This document shows positions 27,957 to 36,226 of a stretch of 45,122 nucleotides of DNA, piece after piece. A program made the position numbers and the translations under genes. A model generated the notes under the pieces. That model had not been told where the DNA came from. It saw nothing but the letters and a program-made list of their open reading frames with translations, and did no database searches. Source of the DNA: a virus. Lineage: Duplodnaviria > Caudoviricetes. How positions within the stretch are numbered: the first letter of the stretch is position 1; each line of letters opens with the position of its first letter. The stretch is taken from positions 1-45,122 of the IMG/VR virus record IMGVR_UViG_3300022173_000106; one strand, written 5' to 3'.

Positions 27957-28027
27957 TTGAAGGCTGCCCAAATAATGATGAGTGCAACAATCCACCAGCC
28001 AACGTGGTTCACAAGTTCTATTGTCAT
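27953..28027 (-). CDS. 24-aa membrane peptide (not in ORF track)
   Basis: MTIELVNHVGWWIVALIIIWAAFK; ATGA overlap with the polA stop and GTGA overlap with the resolvase start. Confidence 0.55.
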   Translation of the reverse strand: MTIELVNHVGWWIVALIIIWAAFK

Positions 28028-30066
28028 TTTCTGTACCTCGTTCCAGCCCAGCAGTCCGTAGCAATCGGTATGCGGAGCGATCTCGCCCACGGCGTTCCAT
28101 AGCACATAACTTCGTCTAGCAGTTTTGGGTCCGCCCGTCCAGCCATAACATCCGCGATCACTTCGTCGTGGACCGTCAGGACAATTGGGAAGCCGGCTTC
28201 TTCGGCAGCAAACATTCCCGCCACCAGCAGATCACGGGCAAGCGCCTGCACCACGTTCTCGGTCAGCAGCCCACCGTAGGCATCGACCGTGACCCATTTA
28301 CCCTGCTTCCACGTCTGGTAAGTGAAGCCCTGCCGGATGTCGTCTTTGTCCCATGGCATCGGGCGGCGGCACTTCTGCGGATTGAAGTACCAGAGCTTCC
28401 GGCCAGAAGGGAGACGGGCAGTCAGCCACCCATCTTCAAGCTGATAGCGCACGCCGTAGGCTTCGTGAGGATGGCCCGACCAGACTGTATCAATAGCTGC
28501 TCGCTCCAGCGCCTTCCAGAGCTTCGGCACGTTCGGTGCGAACTCCTCGCGGTAGATGCGGACGACCTCTTTGCAGAACTCCGGCGTCTCCTTCTGTGCG
28601 TAGCGCATCCTAAACTTCTTCCAGCCCATCTGGAAACCTAGTCCGAGTACGGAGTTCTTTCCGGTCTGGCGTTCGGCTGGGTCTTTCTTCTTGTCGATAG
28701 GGCGCTTGTAGATCGTCTGCGCCATGTCGATGTAGATGTCTTTGCCCGTTGCGATGAGGTCTGTCTTGTCGTACTGCCCAGCTAGGGCCAACACGATGCG
28801 GGCTTCGATGGTCGCAAAGTCACCGACGACTAGCTCATTACCGGGACGGGATACAATCGTGTGTCGCAGCCCGCTGACGACCGCCTCGATTGGCTCACCA
28901 AAGAGTAGTCGTACAAATTCACTATCTCGCGTGAGGATAGCCGACACGAGGCTTCCCGGATCGTGCGCTTCACCATCAACTTTGAGCGACGGACGGGGGA
29001 AGTTCTGAGGCTGCAAGAGACGACCGGCCCATCGTCCCGGCCCTGCACCGTGATATTGAAGCAAGCCTCGCGCGTTCCCGTCTGAGCCGACGCAAGCACG
29101 CATTGAAACAAGCTTTTTAATGCTCGCGCTTCCGATGATTTGTCGAATTTCAAGCGCACGCCTTGGCAGAAAAGGTAGCTCGATTTGCTCGTCTTCCTCT
29201 TGGTAGTCCTCCTCGTCGCCCGCCCAGTCTTCTTCGAGTGTGCCATCAATGTCTCCTTTCAGGAACTTCGCTACAGTTTCTTTTTGCAAATTGGGAATGG
29301 TGCATCCCTGCCCAGCGAGCCACGCTTGAAACTTGGCCCCCTGCGTCGGGTTCACGCCGGTCAGCTCCCGGAACTCAGCCAGCAACGGTCGGCCTGCTTC
29401 GTCCACGATAGCTTGGGCTGCGTCCACGTACTCCATATCGAGCCGCACGCCGCGTTCATTGATCTTCTGGTCCAGCAACCACACCTTACGCTCCTCAGCG
29501 CCCAGCCCCTTCACACGGCGATGCAAGGCAGTCTGGCTGTGCAGATCGCCAATGTTATACTCAAGTACCCGGTTGAGTTTATCATCGGTGATGACGCTGT
29601 AGCCCTTCTTGTCAAGCTTGGACAGCGCCTTCGTGATCCGGGAGCCTTCCATGTCCTTCTGGGAGGAGAGGCGCAGCACAAGGGCAGCACGTTCAAGCTG
29701 GAGTGGCAGGCCTTTCATGGCGCACACTGCCATCGTGTCATGCCAGCGTTCATCAGGGATGTCGGGCCAATCGTACTGGGCGACCATGATGTGCCGCCAG
29801 ATCGCCTTCTCGAATGCGCAGTTGTGCGCGACGAATAGGACGCCGGGGTCGAGTACCAGCCGCATCAGTTCCTTCGCCGCGCCGGTCTTCTGGTAGCAGT
29901 CGTCTGCCGTCAGGACGACCTCATCCTTTGGTTTGCCAAGCGTATAGCCTAGGCAGAGAATTTCGGTGGTGATGTCCTCAGCATACCGCCACGCTCCAGC
30001 CTTCTTGAGATCGCACTGTGATGCGGTCTCATAGTCGATCAGGCAGAATGTGTGGAAGTCAGACAT
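28024..30066 (-). CDS. polA: Family A DNA polymerase (APSE type) with 3'-5' exonuclease
   Basis: DYET exo I, AHN..FE exo II, GRWAGR..QPQN, motif A DFATIEAR, motif B RQ.GK...LGLGF, motif C TVHDE. Confidence 0.95.
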   Translation of the reverse strand: MSDFHTFCLIDYETASQCDLKKAGAWRYAEDITTEILCLGYTLGKPKDEVVLTADDCYQKTGAAKELMRLVLDPGVLFVAHNCAFEKAIWRHIMVAQYDWPDIPDERWHDTMAVCAMKGLPLQLERAALVLRLSSQKDMEGSRITKALSKLDKKGYSVITDDKLNRVLEYNIGDLHSQTALHRRVKGLGAEERKVWLLDQKINERGVRLDMEYVDAAQAIVDEAGRPLLAEFRELTGVNPTQGAKFQAWLAGQGCTIPNLQKETVAKFLKGDIDGTLEEDWAGDEEDYQEEDEQIELPFLPRRALEIRQIIGSASIKKLVSMRACVGSDGNARGLLQYHGAGPGRWAGRLLQPQNFPRPSLKVDGEAHDPGSLVSAILTRDSEFVRLLFGEPIEAVVSGLRHTIVSRPGNELVVGDFATIEARIVLALAGQYDKTDLIATGKDIYIDMAQTIYKRPIDKKKDPAERQTGKNSVLGLGFQMGWKKFRMRYAQKETPEFCKEVVRIYREEFAPNVPKLWKALERAAIDTVWSGHPHEAYGVRYQLEDGWLTARLPSGRKLWYFNPQKCRRPMPWDKDDIRQGFTYQTWKQGKWVTVDAYGGLLTENVVQALARDLLVAGMFAAEEAGFPIVLTVHDEVIADVMAGRADPKLLDEVMCYGTPWARSLRIPIATDCWAGTRYRK

Positions 30067-30152
30067 ATTTTCCCTCGGTGAAAGTGTGGGGGCCGCACCT
30101 TGTTGAGGAACAGCCCCCTTCCGTTCATCCCCCAGAGAGGGGGCACCTAGGT

Positions 30153-30803
30153 TCAGAACGGAATTTCGTCGTCGTCCGAAGCGTCGTCAGTCGGGTCTTC
30201 AGTCGTGACCGAACCGGCGTAGCCTTTGAACACTTCCGCTGCCGACGCGCCGCCTGAGAGCTTTGCGCCTTTGTTGGTGGTCAGCACCATGTTCAGGTAT
30301 GCAGTCACGCCCGGCTTGCCGTCTTCGCCCACCGCATCATATGCGACGAGGTTGACCTGAGCGAGCACTTCAACGCCGTTGTAGAATTTGGGCTTCGCCG
30401 CGATCCGCGCCGGGCCTTCATAGTCAACGACTTTGCCGTTCTCAATCCCGGACAGGCGGGGTTCGTACTGTGAACGGGAAACGAGGATCGCTTTGCCACG
30501 ATAGAACTCAGCGTCCTTGCCACCCGCCTTGGCCTTGTCAGCCAGCTTGTCGCCGGACGAGAAGGGGAAGCGGAGGGTTTTGATGTCAACGCCCGGCCAC
30601 TTCTCTTTCGCCAGTTTGACCGCGAGCGCCTTCAGCGCAGCGAGATCGGAGCTGTCGGAGGGGAAGCAGAAGTTGAGGCTGTATTTGGGCTTGCCAACTT
30701 CCTTCCCTTTCTTGCCGACCGCACGAGCTTCGATCAGATTGGGGAAGGCGCTTTGCACTGGTGAGGTGAGGTTATAAATGCCACCATCTTTATCATCAGA
30801 CAT
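30153..30803 (-). CDS. Single-stranded DNA-binding protein (DUF2815-like)
   Basis: KPKYS, P...GD, GV.A.LN.V......G..L.GG, acidic tail DDDEIPF; start ATG 30803. Confidence 0.85.
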   Translation of the reverse strand: MSDDKDGGIYNLTSPVQSAFPNLIEARAVGKKGKEVGKPKYSLNFCFPSDSSDLAALKALAVKLAKEKWPGVDIKTLRFPFSSGDKLADKAKAGGKDAEFYRGKAILVSRSQYEPRLSGIENGKVVDYEGPARIAAKPKFYNGVEVLAQVNLVAYDAVGEDGKPGVTAYLNMVLTTNKGAKLSGGASAAEVFKGYAGSVTTEDPTDDASDDDEIPF

Positions 30804-30885
30804 ATCAGTCTCCATACCATTTAAGGTTAAATGCAGGATCATCCTGCGTTCTGTGGCGTCACGCTGGCAGATTGTTCGGCCAGTG

Positions 30886-31083
30886 TCAAGAGTTAGTGAT
30901 AGGCGTCAGGTCGATTTTTGCACAGGCTATGCCATATGCTTTGAGGTCGGGTGTTCCCACGACCACCGGCAACATCTTGTTAGCTGCGGCGATGCAGGCT
31001 TCCTCCGTTGGGAATGGCTGCGCCGCAAATTTCCCGCTACCAGTGGATAGCGCCCCGATTAAGATCAGTACAAAGATGGTCAT
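30886..31083 (-). CDS. Small exported/membrane protein
   Basis: Hydrophobic N-terminus, F.T.E.C..A and a second Cys. Confidence 0.6.
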   Translation of the reverse strand: MTIFVLILIGALSTGSGKFAAQPFPTEEACIAAANKMLPVVVGTPDLKAYGIACAKIDLTPITNS

Positions 31084-31084
31084 G

Positions 31085-32338
31085 CTAGTCTCCAGTCAGG
31101 TTTGCCACAGCGGCACCGAAGGCTTCCGATGTCGATTGGACTTTCACTGCCTGCCGGGGGTCGCTCTCAAGCGCCACGGTCAGGCCGGACTTCGGGGTGA
31201 AGGCGACCTCCTTCACAAGCTCGTGTGCGGCAGGGCTGATCTTCTCCATAGCAGCAGGGGTCTTCAGCTCCGGCTTTGTGTACGCCTCATCACCCAGCCG
31301 TGACTTGAACAGTTCCTCAATGGAGATTGTCTCACCCGTCTCAGCGATGAGCACCGAGGAGCGGAACACCCGGTTCGACTTCTTGTACACGAGCTTCGTG
31401 CCGCGTACTTCCTTGCCGGTGTTCAGGCGCTTCAGCGTTTCTTCTTCAAGCGCCTTCAGAAAGAACTTGACAGCCGGGATGTACTGATACGACAGGCCGA
31501 TAGCCTTGTCATTCAAGTTGACGACAAAAGCCGGGTTGTGTGTCGCTGCCGCACGGAACAGACTGTGCATGAGTGGGCACACGAGCTTGGCCGGGCAGAA
31601 CCGGCAGTGCTCCCCGGCGTCGAGGGTGTCGTCGTACTCCGCACGCAGCATGGCCGGGACCAGAGTGTCATGGACCCATTCTTTGATCTCACCAACGGTC
31701 GTCTCCCAGTCACGGACTGGGCCTTCAGTGTGATGAGCACGCGGCTGGACGATGCGGATGCGGACGGGATAATCGTCATGCAACTTCTCCCCCATCTGCT
31801 CAAGGCCGTCGATGATCCCAAAGGCATAATACTTCGCCTGCGGGTTTTCCTCCGGCTCGACAATGATGCCCTCGCCGCCCTTCAGATCGGTCACGTCAAG
31901 GAACTGCGGAGTGATCGCCCCGAAGTCCAGCGTGCCATAGAAGCTGGGATGGACGGGTGAGGAGATTGCGAACTCGACGTAGTGCCGACCCTTGGCCAAT
32001 TCAATGGAAGGTCGCACCGCGTCGAGGTACACCTGCACAGCATCAGCCATGTCAGGAACGATCTCGGTCTCGTGGAATGTTTCACCCACGATCTCCCAAG
32101 TATCAAGATTGTTTTCGAGGCAATGGGCGGCGGCTTCATGGAGCGCCACACCCTCGCGCCGGTAATCCGGCTCATCGCTCTCGTCCATCTCCAGCTCCTT
32201 CAGGAGTGAGACGGAGCCGGGGCACTTCATCCACCGTTCAGCACCAGAGGCACCAAGGGGCGAGTGGGCTGGGCGCTCGACCTTGGGGGCACGGCGCAAC
32301 AAATCAACGGCTTCGAGTTCTTCAACTTCATCGGTCAT
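31085..32338 (-). CDS. DUF2800 Cas4-like PD-(D/E)XK nuclease
   Basis: HS.LGAS.A.RW..CPGS, G.A.H, GT.D, DLK.G, NPQ...YA.G, G.HC.FCP.K..CP. Confidence 0.88.
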   Translation of the reverse strand: MTDEVEELEAVDLLRRAPKVERPAHSPLGASGAERWMKCPGSVSLLKELEMDESDEPDYRREGVALHEAAAHCLENNLDTWEIVGETFHETEIVPDMADAVQVYLDAVRPSIELAKGRHYVEFAISSPVHPSFYGTLDFGAITPQFLDVTDLKGGEGIIVEPEENPQAKYYAFGIIDGLEQMGEKLHDDYPVRIRIVQPRAHHTEGPVRDWETTVGEIKEWVHDTLVPAMLRAEYDDTLDAGEHCRFCPAKLVCPLMHSLFRAAATHNPAFVVNLNDKAIGLSYQYIPAVKFFLKALEEETLKRLNTGKEVRGTKLVYKKSNRVFRSSVLIAETGETISIEELFKSRLGDEAYTKPELKTPAAMEKISPAAHELVKEVAFTPKSGLTVALESDPRQAVKVQSTSEAFGAAVANLTGD

Positions 32339-32493
32339 AGTCTTTCCCTCTCATCTAGTCTGCACATGTCGGGCAACCCTTTTTAACTATATCCCTCTGC
32401 ATCGGGACCAGCATATGCAGCACTGGTAGGGTTGCCTGAGATGGGCAGTCAGGGGGAGGATCATACCCTCCCCCGCCGTGGTGTGCGGCCTGC

Positions 32494-33177
32494 TTATTTT
32501 GTCAGCTTGCTGAGCTTTTCAAGGAACTCGGCACGCTTGTCCTGCGGGATTTCACGGAGCTGGAAAGCCTTTGCCGGGTCCGTTTTGTACTCACCGATCA
32601 GCGCCTTGATCTTGGTGGGGTTGCTGATCTCGGTGTTCTTCGTCTGCACCGCTTTGTTGAGGTCGGCGTCGGTCACTTCTTCGACCGTTTCGACTGTCAC
32701 ATCAGCTTCGAGATCGAAGGTGTTGTCATCCACCGCAGCCGGGTCTTCAGGCAGCGGGTCTTCGAGGACGAGCACATCGTCATCTTCCGGGAGAGCTGCG
32801 GGGTCGGCCTTCGGCTTGGTTTCTGCCTTCGGCTTGGTTTCTGCCTTCGCCTTGGGACCGGCCTTTTTCTGGGCAACAACTTCCGCCTTGGTTTCCTTGG
32901 CGTCGGCGGCTTCCTTGGCAGCGATAGCGGCCTTGTCATTGGCCGGGGCAGCGTCGGTAGTCACAGCTTCGAGCTTGCCGGTAGCTGTATTCGCAGCCTT
33001 ACCGATCATGGCATTGACCTGATTGACAGCGAGGCGAGCAACCTGTTCGATCACATGGCCGTAGTCTTCGTTGTCGTCCAGTGTGGCATTGAGGTGGGCT
33101 TCGGCCTTTTTGACCGCGCCGTATTCCTCTTTCTTTACGCCATCGCCGTAGATGATTTTGATTTCGGTGATCTTCAT
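32494..33177 (-). CDS. Acidic/Ala-rich replication-module protein
   Basis: Low-complexity linker with KAETKP repeats and a small C-terminal helical domain; usual position before DUF2800. Confidence 0.7.
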   Translation of the reverse strand: MKITEIKIIYGDGVKKEEYGAVKKAEAHLNATLDDNEDYGHVIEQVARLAVNQVNAMIGKAANTATGKLEAVTTDAAPANDKAAIAAKEAADAKETKAEVVAQKKAGPKAKAETKPKAETKPKADPAALPEDDDVLVLEDPLPEDPAAVDDNTFDLEADVTVETVEEVTDADLNKAVQTKNTEISNPTKIKALIGEYKTDPAKAFQLREIPQDKRAEFLEKLSKLTK

Positions 33178-33382
33178 AATTTCCACTCCAGTTAAACTTC
33201 AGGATCGTGGGGTGGTGCCCCCGATTGATCCGGTTTCAATCTGTCTTTGAGATGGTATCCAAAGGAGGATAACTGCGCTAGTCGTCTTTCCCTCAGCATC
33301 TCATCCGCCCATGCGGCCAATCCCTCAGTCCTACGTCGAAAGGCCCCAAGCAAGGGGTATCGTCAGCCTACGCATGGTCAGG

Positions 33383-33736
33383 CTAATAAGTCAAGCGGCT
33401 TTCGAGTTCGAGTAAAGCATTATCGAGGCGGCAACGGAGGTCAAGGTTTTCCCGCTCCAATTCATTCACCCGTTCAACAAGCGTGTGACTGACGGGAAGG
33501 CGCTCGCTGGTAGCGATAGTGAGATCAAAGCCGTTGAGGTGATGAGTACACACCGCACCTGCTGGTTTCTTTGCGCCATCCGCGTAAATTTGGATGGGGC
33601 TAACTTCCGCCATCAACGCCCGCGCCGTTTCGTAAGCAGTGTTCTTATCCGGGAATGCCAACGTGATATGAATGCCGTCACGATTGAGGTTGTGCTGCGC
33701 GAGCCAACGGCGCAGCTCATGTAGGGTTTTCAGCAT
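33383..33736 (-). CDS. Hypothetical protein
   Basis: 117 aa, GGAGGA Shine-Dalgarno, C-terminal coiled coil. Confidence 0.6.
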   Translation of the reverse strand: MLKTLHELRRWLAQHNLNRDGIHITLAFPDKNTAYETARALMAEVSPIQIYADGAKKPAGAVCTHHLNGFDLTIATSERLPVSHTLVERVNELERENLDLRCRLDNALLELESRLTY

Positions 33737-33914
33737 GTTGTTCTTCCTCCGATGCTGCGAGATCAGCCTTGAAACGGGCATCCCCCTGAATTGCGATTGC
33801 GAAGCCGGTGTCATTGAGCAGCACCCAATTGAAACGCCCGTCCTCGAAACCGATGAATTTCCAACCGAAGTTCTGCAAGTTTGCGACTTCGATGTCTGAA
33901 TAAACTCTAGGCAT
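33717..33914 (-). CDS. Hypothetical protein
   Basis: 65 aa from ATG 33914 after GAGGGA. Confidence 0.55.
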   Translation of the reverse strand: MPRVYSDIEVANLQNFGWKFIGFEDGRFNWVLLNDTGFAIAIQGDARFKADLAASEEEQHAENPT

Positions 33915-34020
33915 GATGTTTCCCTCAGTGCGGCCTATCGACCATGGCCTTAAAATCCTCCCAGACTTCGTACATCGTGGCTTCATCCACTGGTACTGTC
34001 TGGCGAGCTATTTCCTCACC

Positions 34021-34049
34021 CATGTAATCCACCCGAAAAACAAAGTCAA
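34021..34049 (-). promoter_or_regulatory. Leftward sigma70-type promoter for the replication operon
   Basis: Minus strand TTGACT-ttgtttttcgggtgga-TTACATG in the gap after the helicase gene. Confidence 0.45.
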
Positions 34050-34097
34050 GACCCGGCCCGACTTCCCATGTGTAAAGCGCCAGCTTGTGTGAGTTCT

Positions 34098-35747
34098 TCA
34101 TGTCATCCTCGCATCAAGGGCTTTGTGCGTAGTCTGTCTCTTGCGCAATGAGGACGCAAGGACTTTTTCTGAGATCGAGTTTGGCGCGACAAAGAAGTCG
34201 GCCTGCACCGTATTGTTCTGGCCCCCTCGGTCGAGGCGGTCAACCATTTGTTCATTATCCCCCGCCACCCATGATGCCTCAGCCGCCAGAAGATGATAGG
34301 AGACAAGCTGTAGCCCATCGGTGCCGGTGCCCATGGATTGAATGTTACCAATGATAACATCCTTAGACGGATCATTTATAAACTCATCCACGAGACGCTG
34401 CTTCTTCGCCGCCCCGACTGACCCGTCAATGCGGATGACCCCGTGCTTCTGGAGTGCATTCTGAAGGATGTTGAGCACTTCAACATGCCACGCAAAGATG
34501 ACCAGCTTCTCCTCGCCGCCTTGGATCAGCATGTCCGCGTATTCAGCGACTTGTGGGGCCAAGGCAATGCCCATCATGCGCCGGACTACGGCGAGGTCGC
34601 CCTTTGTCTTGAAGTCAGAGCTTTCCAGATCATCAATAGTGTCCGGGTCGATGTCCAACAGGCTCTCAGCTTTGAGCGCGGCCTTAACCGGGCCGGTCTC
34701 CTGCATCGAGATGATGTCAAAGATGGGCAACTTGAGCTGCGGCATCACATCTCGCTTCAGATGCCGGGTCATAAAGTTGGCACGGAGCCGGTTCTGCAAT
34801 TCGTAGTGCCGCCCGGTGCGCTCATCAATAACGAACTTGGTCTTGCCGGTCTCTTGGTCGATGATCTCTTTTGTCATCGAAGGATTAAACCGTTCACGGA
34901 ACTTTTCTTCAGTGGCAAAGTCGATGCTGTCCCAGCAAAGGTTCCGCGCCATGGTGTAAGCTTCGCGCGGGCGGTTAGGCAGAGGTGTGCCGGTCAGGGC
35001 GAGCGTAGAGCCACAGCGATCAGCTATCCCGGCGAGATGGTGGAACGTGCCACCCCCGCCAAAGACGGCTCGTGTACGCATACTGTCGGCTGTCTTCAGG
35101 AAGTGGGCTTCGTCTAGGATCAGCAGATCATAGGTGCCCATCATCAATGCTTTTTGGATGGCCGGTGTACGCGCCAGATCATAAGACACGATGGTCCAGT
35201 TCGCTTGCGGATGGACGCCGTGGCTCCCCTTCAGGATCGGGTAGATGATATAGGGCCAAGCCATAGTGGTCCACTCGCGGATGCGGAGCGCCCACTGGAG
35301 CCGGATGTTTGCCGGGCAGATCACGAGCACCCGCTTGGCGCTGATCTCATTGGCATAAGCGATGGCGATGGGGGTCTTACCGAGGCCGGGCTGGTCTCCG
35401 ATCAGGGTGTCGCGCCGGTTGAGCGCATAGCTGACGCTGGCCTTCTGGAAGCCCCACAGCTCCTTGTCGATGGGAACCTTGATGTGGGCATTACTGGTCG
35501 GTGCCCATGACAGATCAATTTGTTCCTTGAGCGGAGCAAGTATGCTTTTACATTCCGGGGTGGCGCTATCGAAGAAGTGGAGAACGGCACATGGCTCGCG
35601 GCTGAACAGGACGGCTTCATGGGAGTGCGACGCTGACGAGCTGTAGTCTAGCCCATGCTCCTTGATGAGCTGTTGAACATCCACACCCTCTGAGCGTTTG
35701 ACGCGCAGTATGTAGGTTTGCTTTCCCGGAGCGTACTCAAGCAGCAT
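34098..35747 (-). CDS. SNF2-family DEAH helicase
   Basis: GDQPGLGKT, DEAH, LTGTP..NRP, Q..DRLDR.GQ; start ATG 35747 overlaps the upstream TGA. Confidence 0.93.
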   Translation of the reverse strand: MLLEYAPGKQTYILRVKRSEGVDVQQLIKEHGLDYSSSASHSHEAVLFSREPCAVLHFFDSATPECKSILAPLKEQIDLSWAPTSNAHIKVPIDKELWGFQKASVSYALNRRDTLIGDQPGLGKTPIAIAYANEISAKRVLVICPANIRLQWALRIREWTTMAWPYIIYPILKGSHGVHPQANWTIVSYDLARTPAIQKALMMGTYDLLILDEAHFLKTADSMRTRAVFGGGGTFHHLAGIADRCGSTLALTGTPLPNRPREAYTMARNLCWDSIDFATEEKFRERFNPSMTKEIIDQETGKTKFVIDERTGRHYELQNRLRANFMTRHLKRDVMPQLKLPIFDIISMQETGPVKAALKAESLLDIDPDTIDDLESSDFKTKGDLAVVRRMMGIALAPQVAEYADMLIQGGEEKLVIFAWHVEVLNILQNALQKHGVIRIDGSVGAAKKQRLVDEFINDPSKDVIIGNIQSMGTGTDGLQLVSYHLLAAEASWVAGDNEQMVDRLDRGGQNNTVQADFFVAPNSISEKVLASSLRKRQTTHKALDARMT

Positions 35748-36175
35748 CAGCGATACCTCCTCCATCGCCGTCCGAAGACGAAACGGATGGCATCATCGCT
35801 GATCTCACAAGCAGGGTCTTCTATCTCGGCGTCGATGATGTGGTCCCTCACATTCGCCTTAGCATGGCGCAGCATGTAACGGGTCACTGTAAAGCGGCTC
35901 GCACGCATCATGCCGATAGCGTATATCTCAGCTTCAAATTCCTCACGCCACGAAGGCTTCTTTGCGTTGACGCCACAATGCCCGTTGCGAACGTGCCCGA
36001 CTTCGTGCAAGAACACGTAAAGCGTGTAGGGAGTTTTGATGGGCCTGCATCTGATCGTCCGGGTCGCCCCATTGGCTTCCCCATCACAGTCGTCTGGCTT
36101 TTCCTCAACCAGACGCCATCCCCTCGGCAAGTATCTGCTGACAACCTTGTCAATACGTTCTTGTTGGCTAAGCAC
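35747..36175 (-). CDS. HEXXH zinc metallopeptidase (ImmA/IrrE-like)
   Basis: FLHEVGH and downstream EE.EA..YA third-ligand helix. Confidence 0.72.
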   Translation of the reverse strand: MLSQQERIDKVVSRYLPRGWRLVEEKPDDCDGEANGATRTIRCRPIKTPYTLYVFLHEVGHVRNGHCGVNAKKPSWREEFEAEIYAIGMMRASRFTVTRYMLRHAKANVRDHIIDAEIEDPACEISDDAIRFVFGRRWRRYR

Positions 36176-36226
36176 TTGACTGCCCCTCTAAAAGTATGCC
36201 TATCTTGTGCCCTGTCGAGGAGCCAA

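Noticed and set aside
24592-30066. 2-aminoadenine (Z) genome pathway
   Set aside because: No PurZ or HD-domain DatZ; only a DUF5664-like domain
31085-32338. CRISPR-Cas system suggested by the Cas4-like nuclease
   Set aside because: DUF2800 is a routine replication-module gene; no cas1/cas2 or repeat-spacer array
33280-33340. Hammerhead ribozyme (CTGAGG...GAAA on the minus strand)
   Set aside because: Core does not match CUGANGA and the three stems could not be built
35840-36226. N-terminal 129 aa of the 758-aa primase ORF
   Set aside because: Overlaps the antisense peptidase gene; the Prim-Pol domain and a GAGGAG Shine-Dalgarno put the start at 36227
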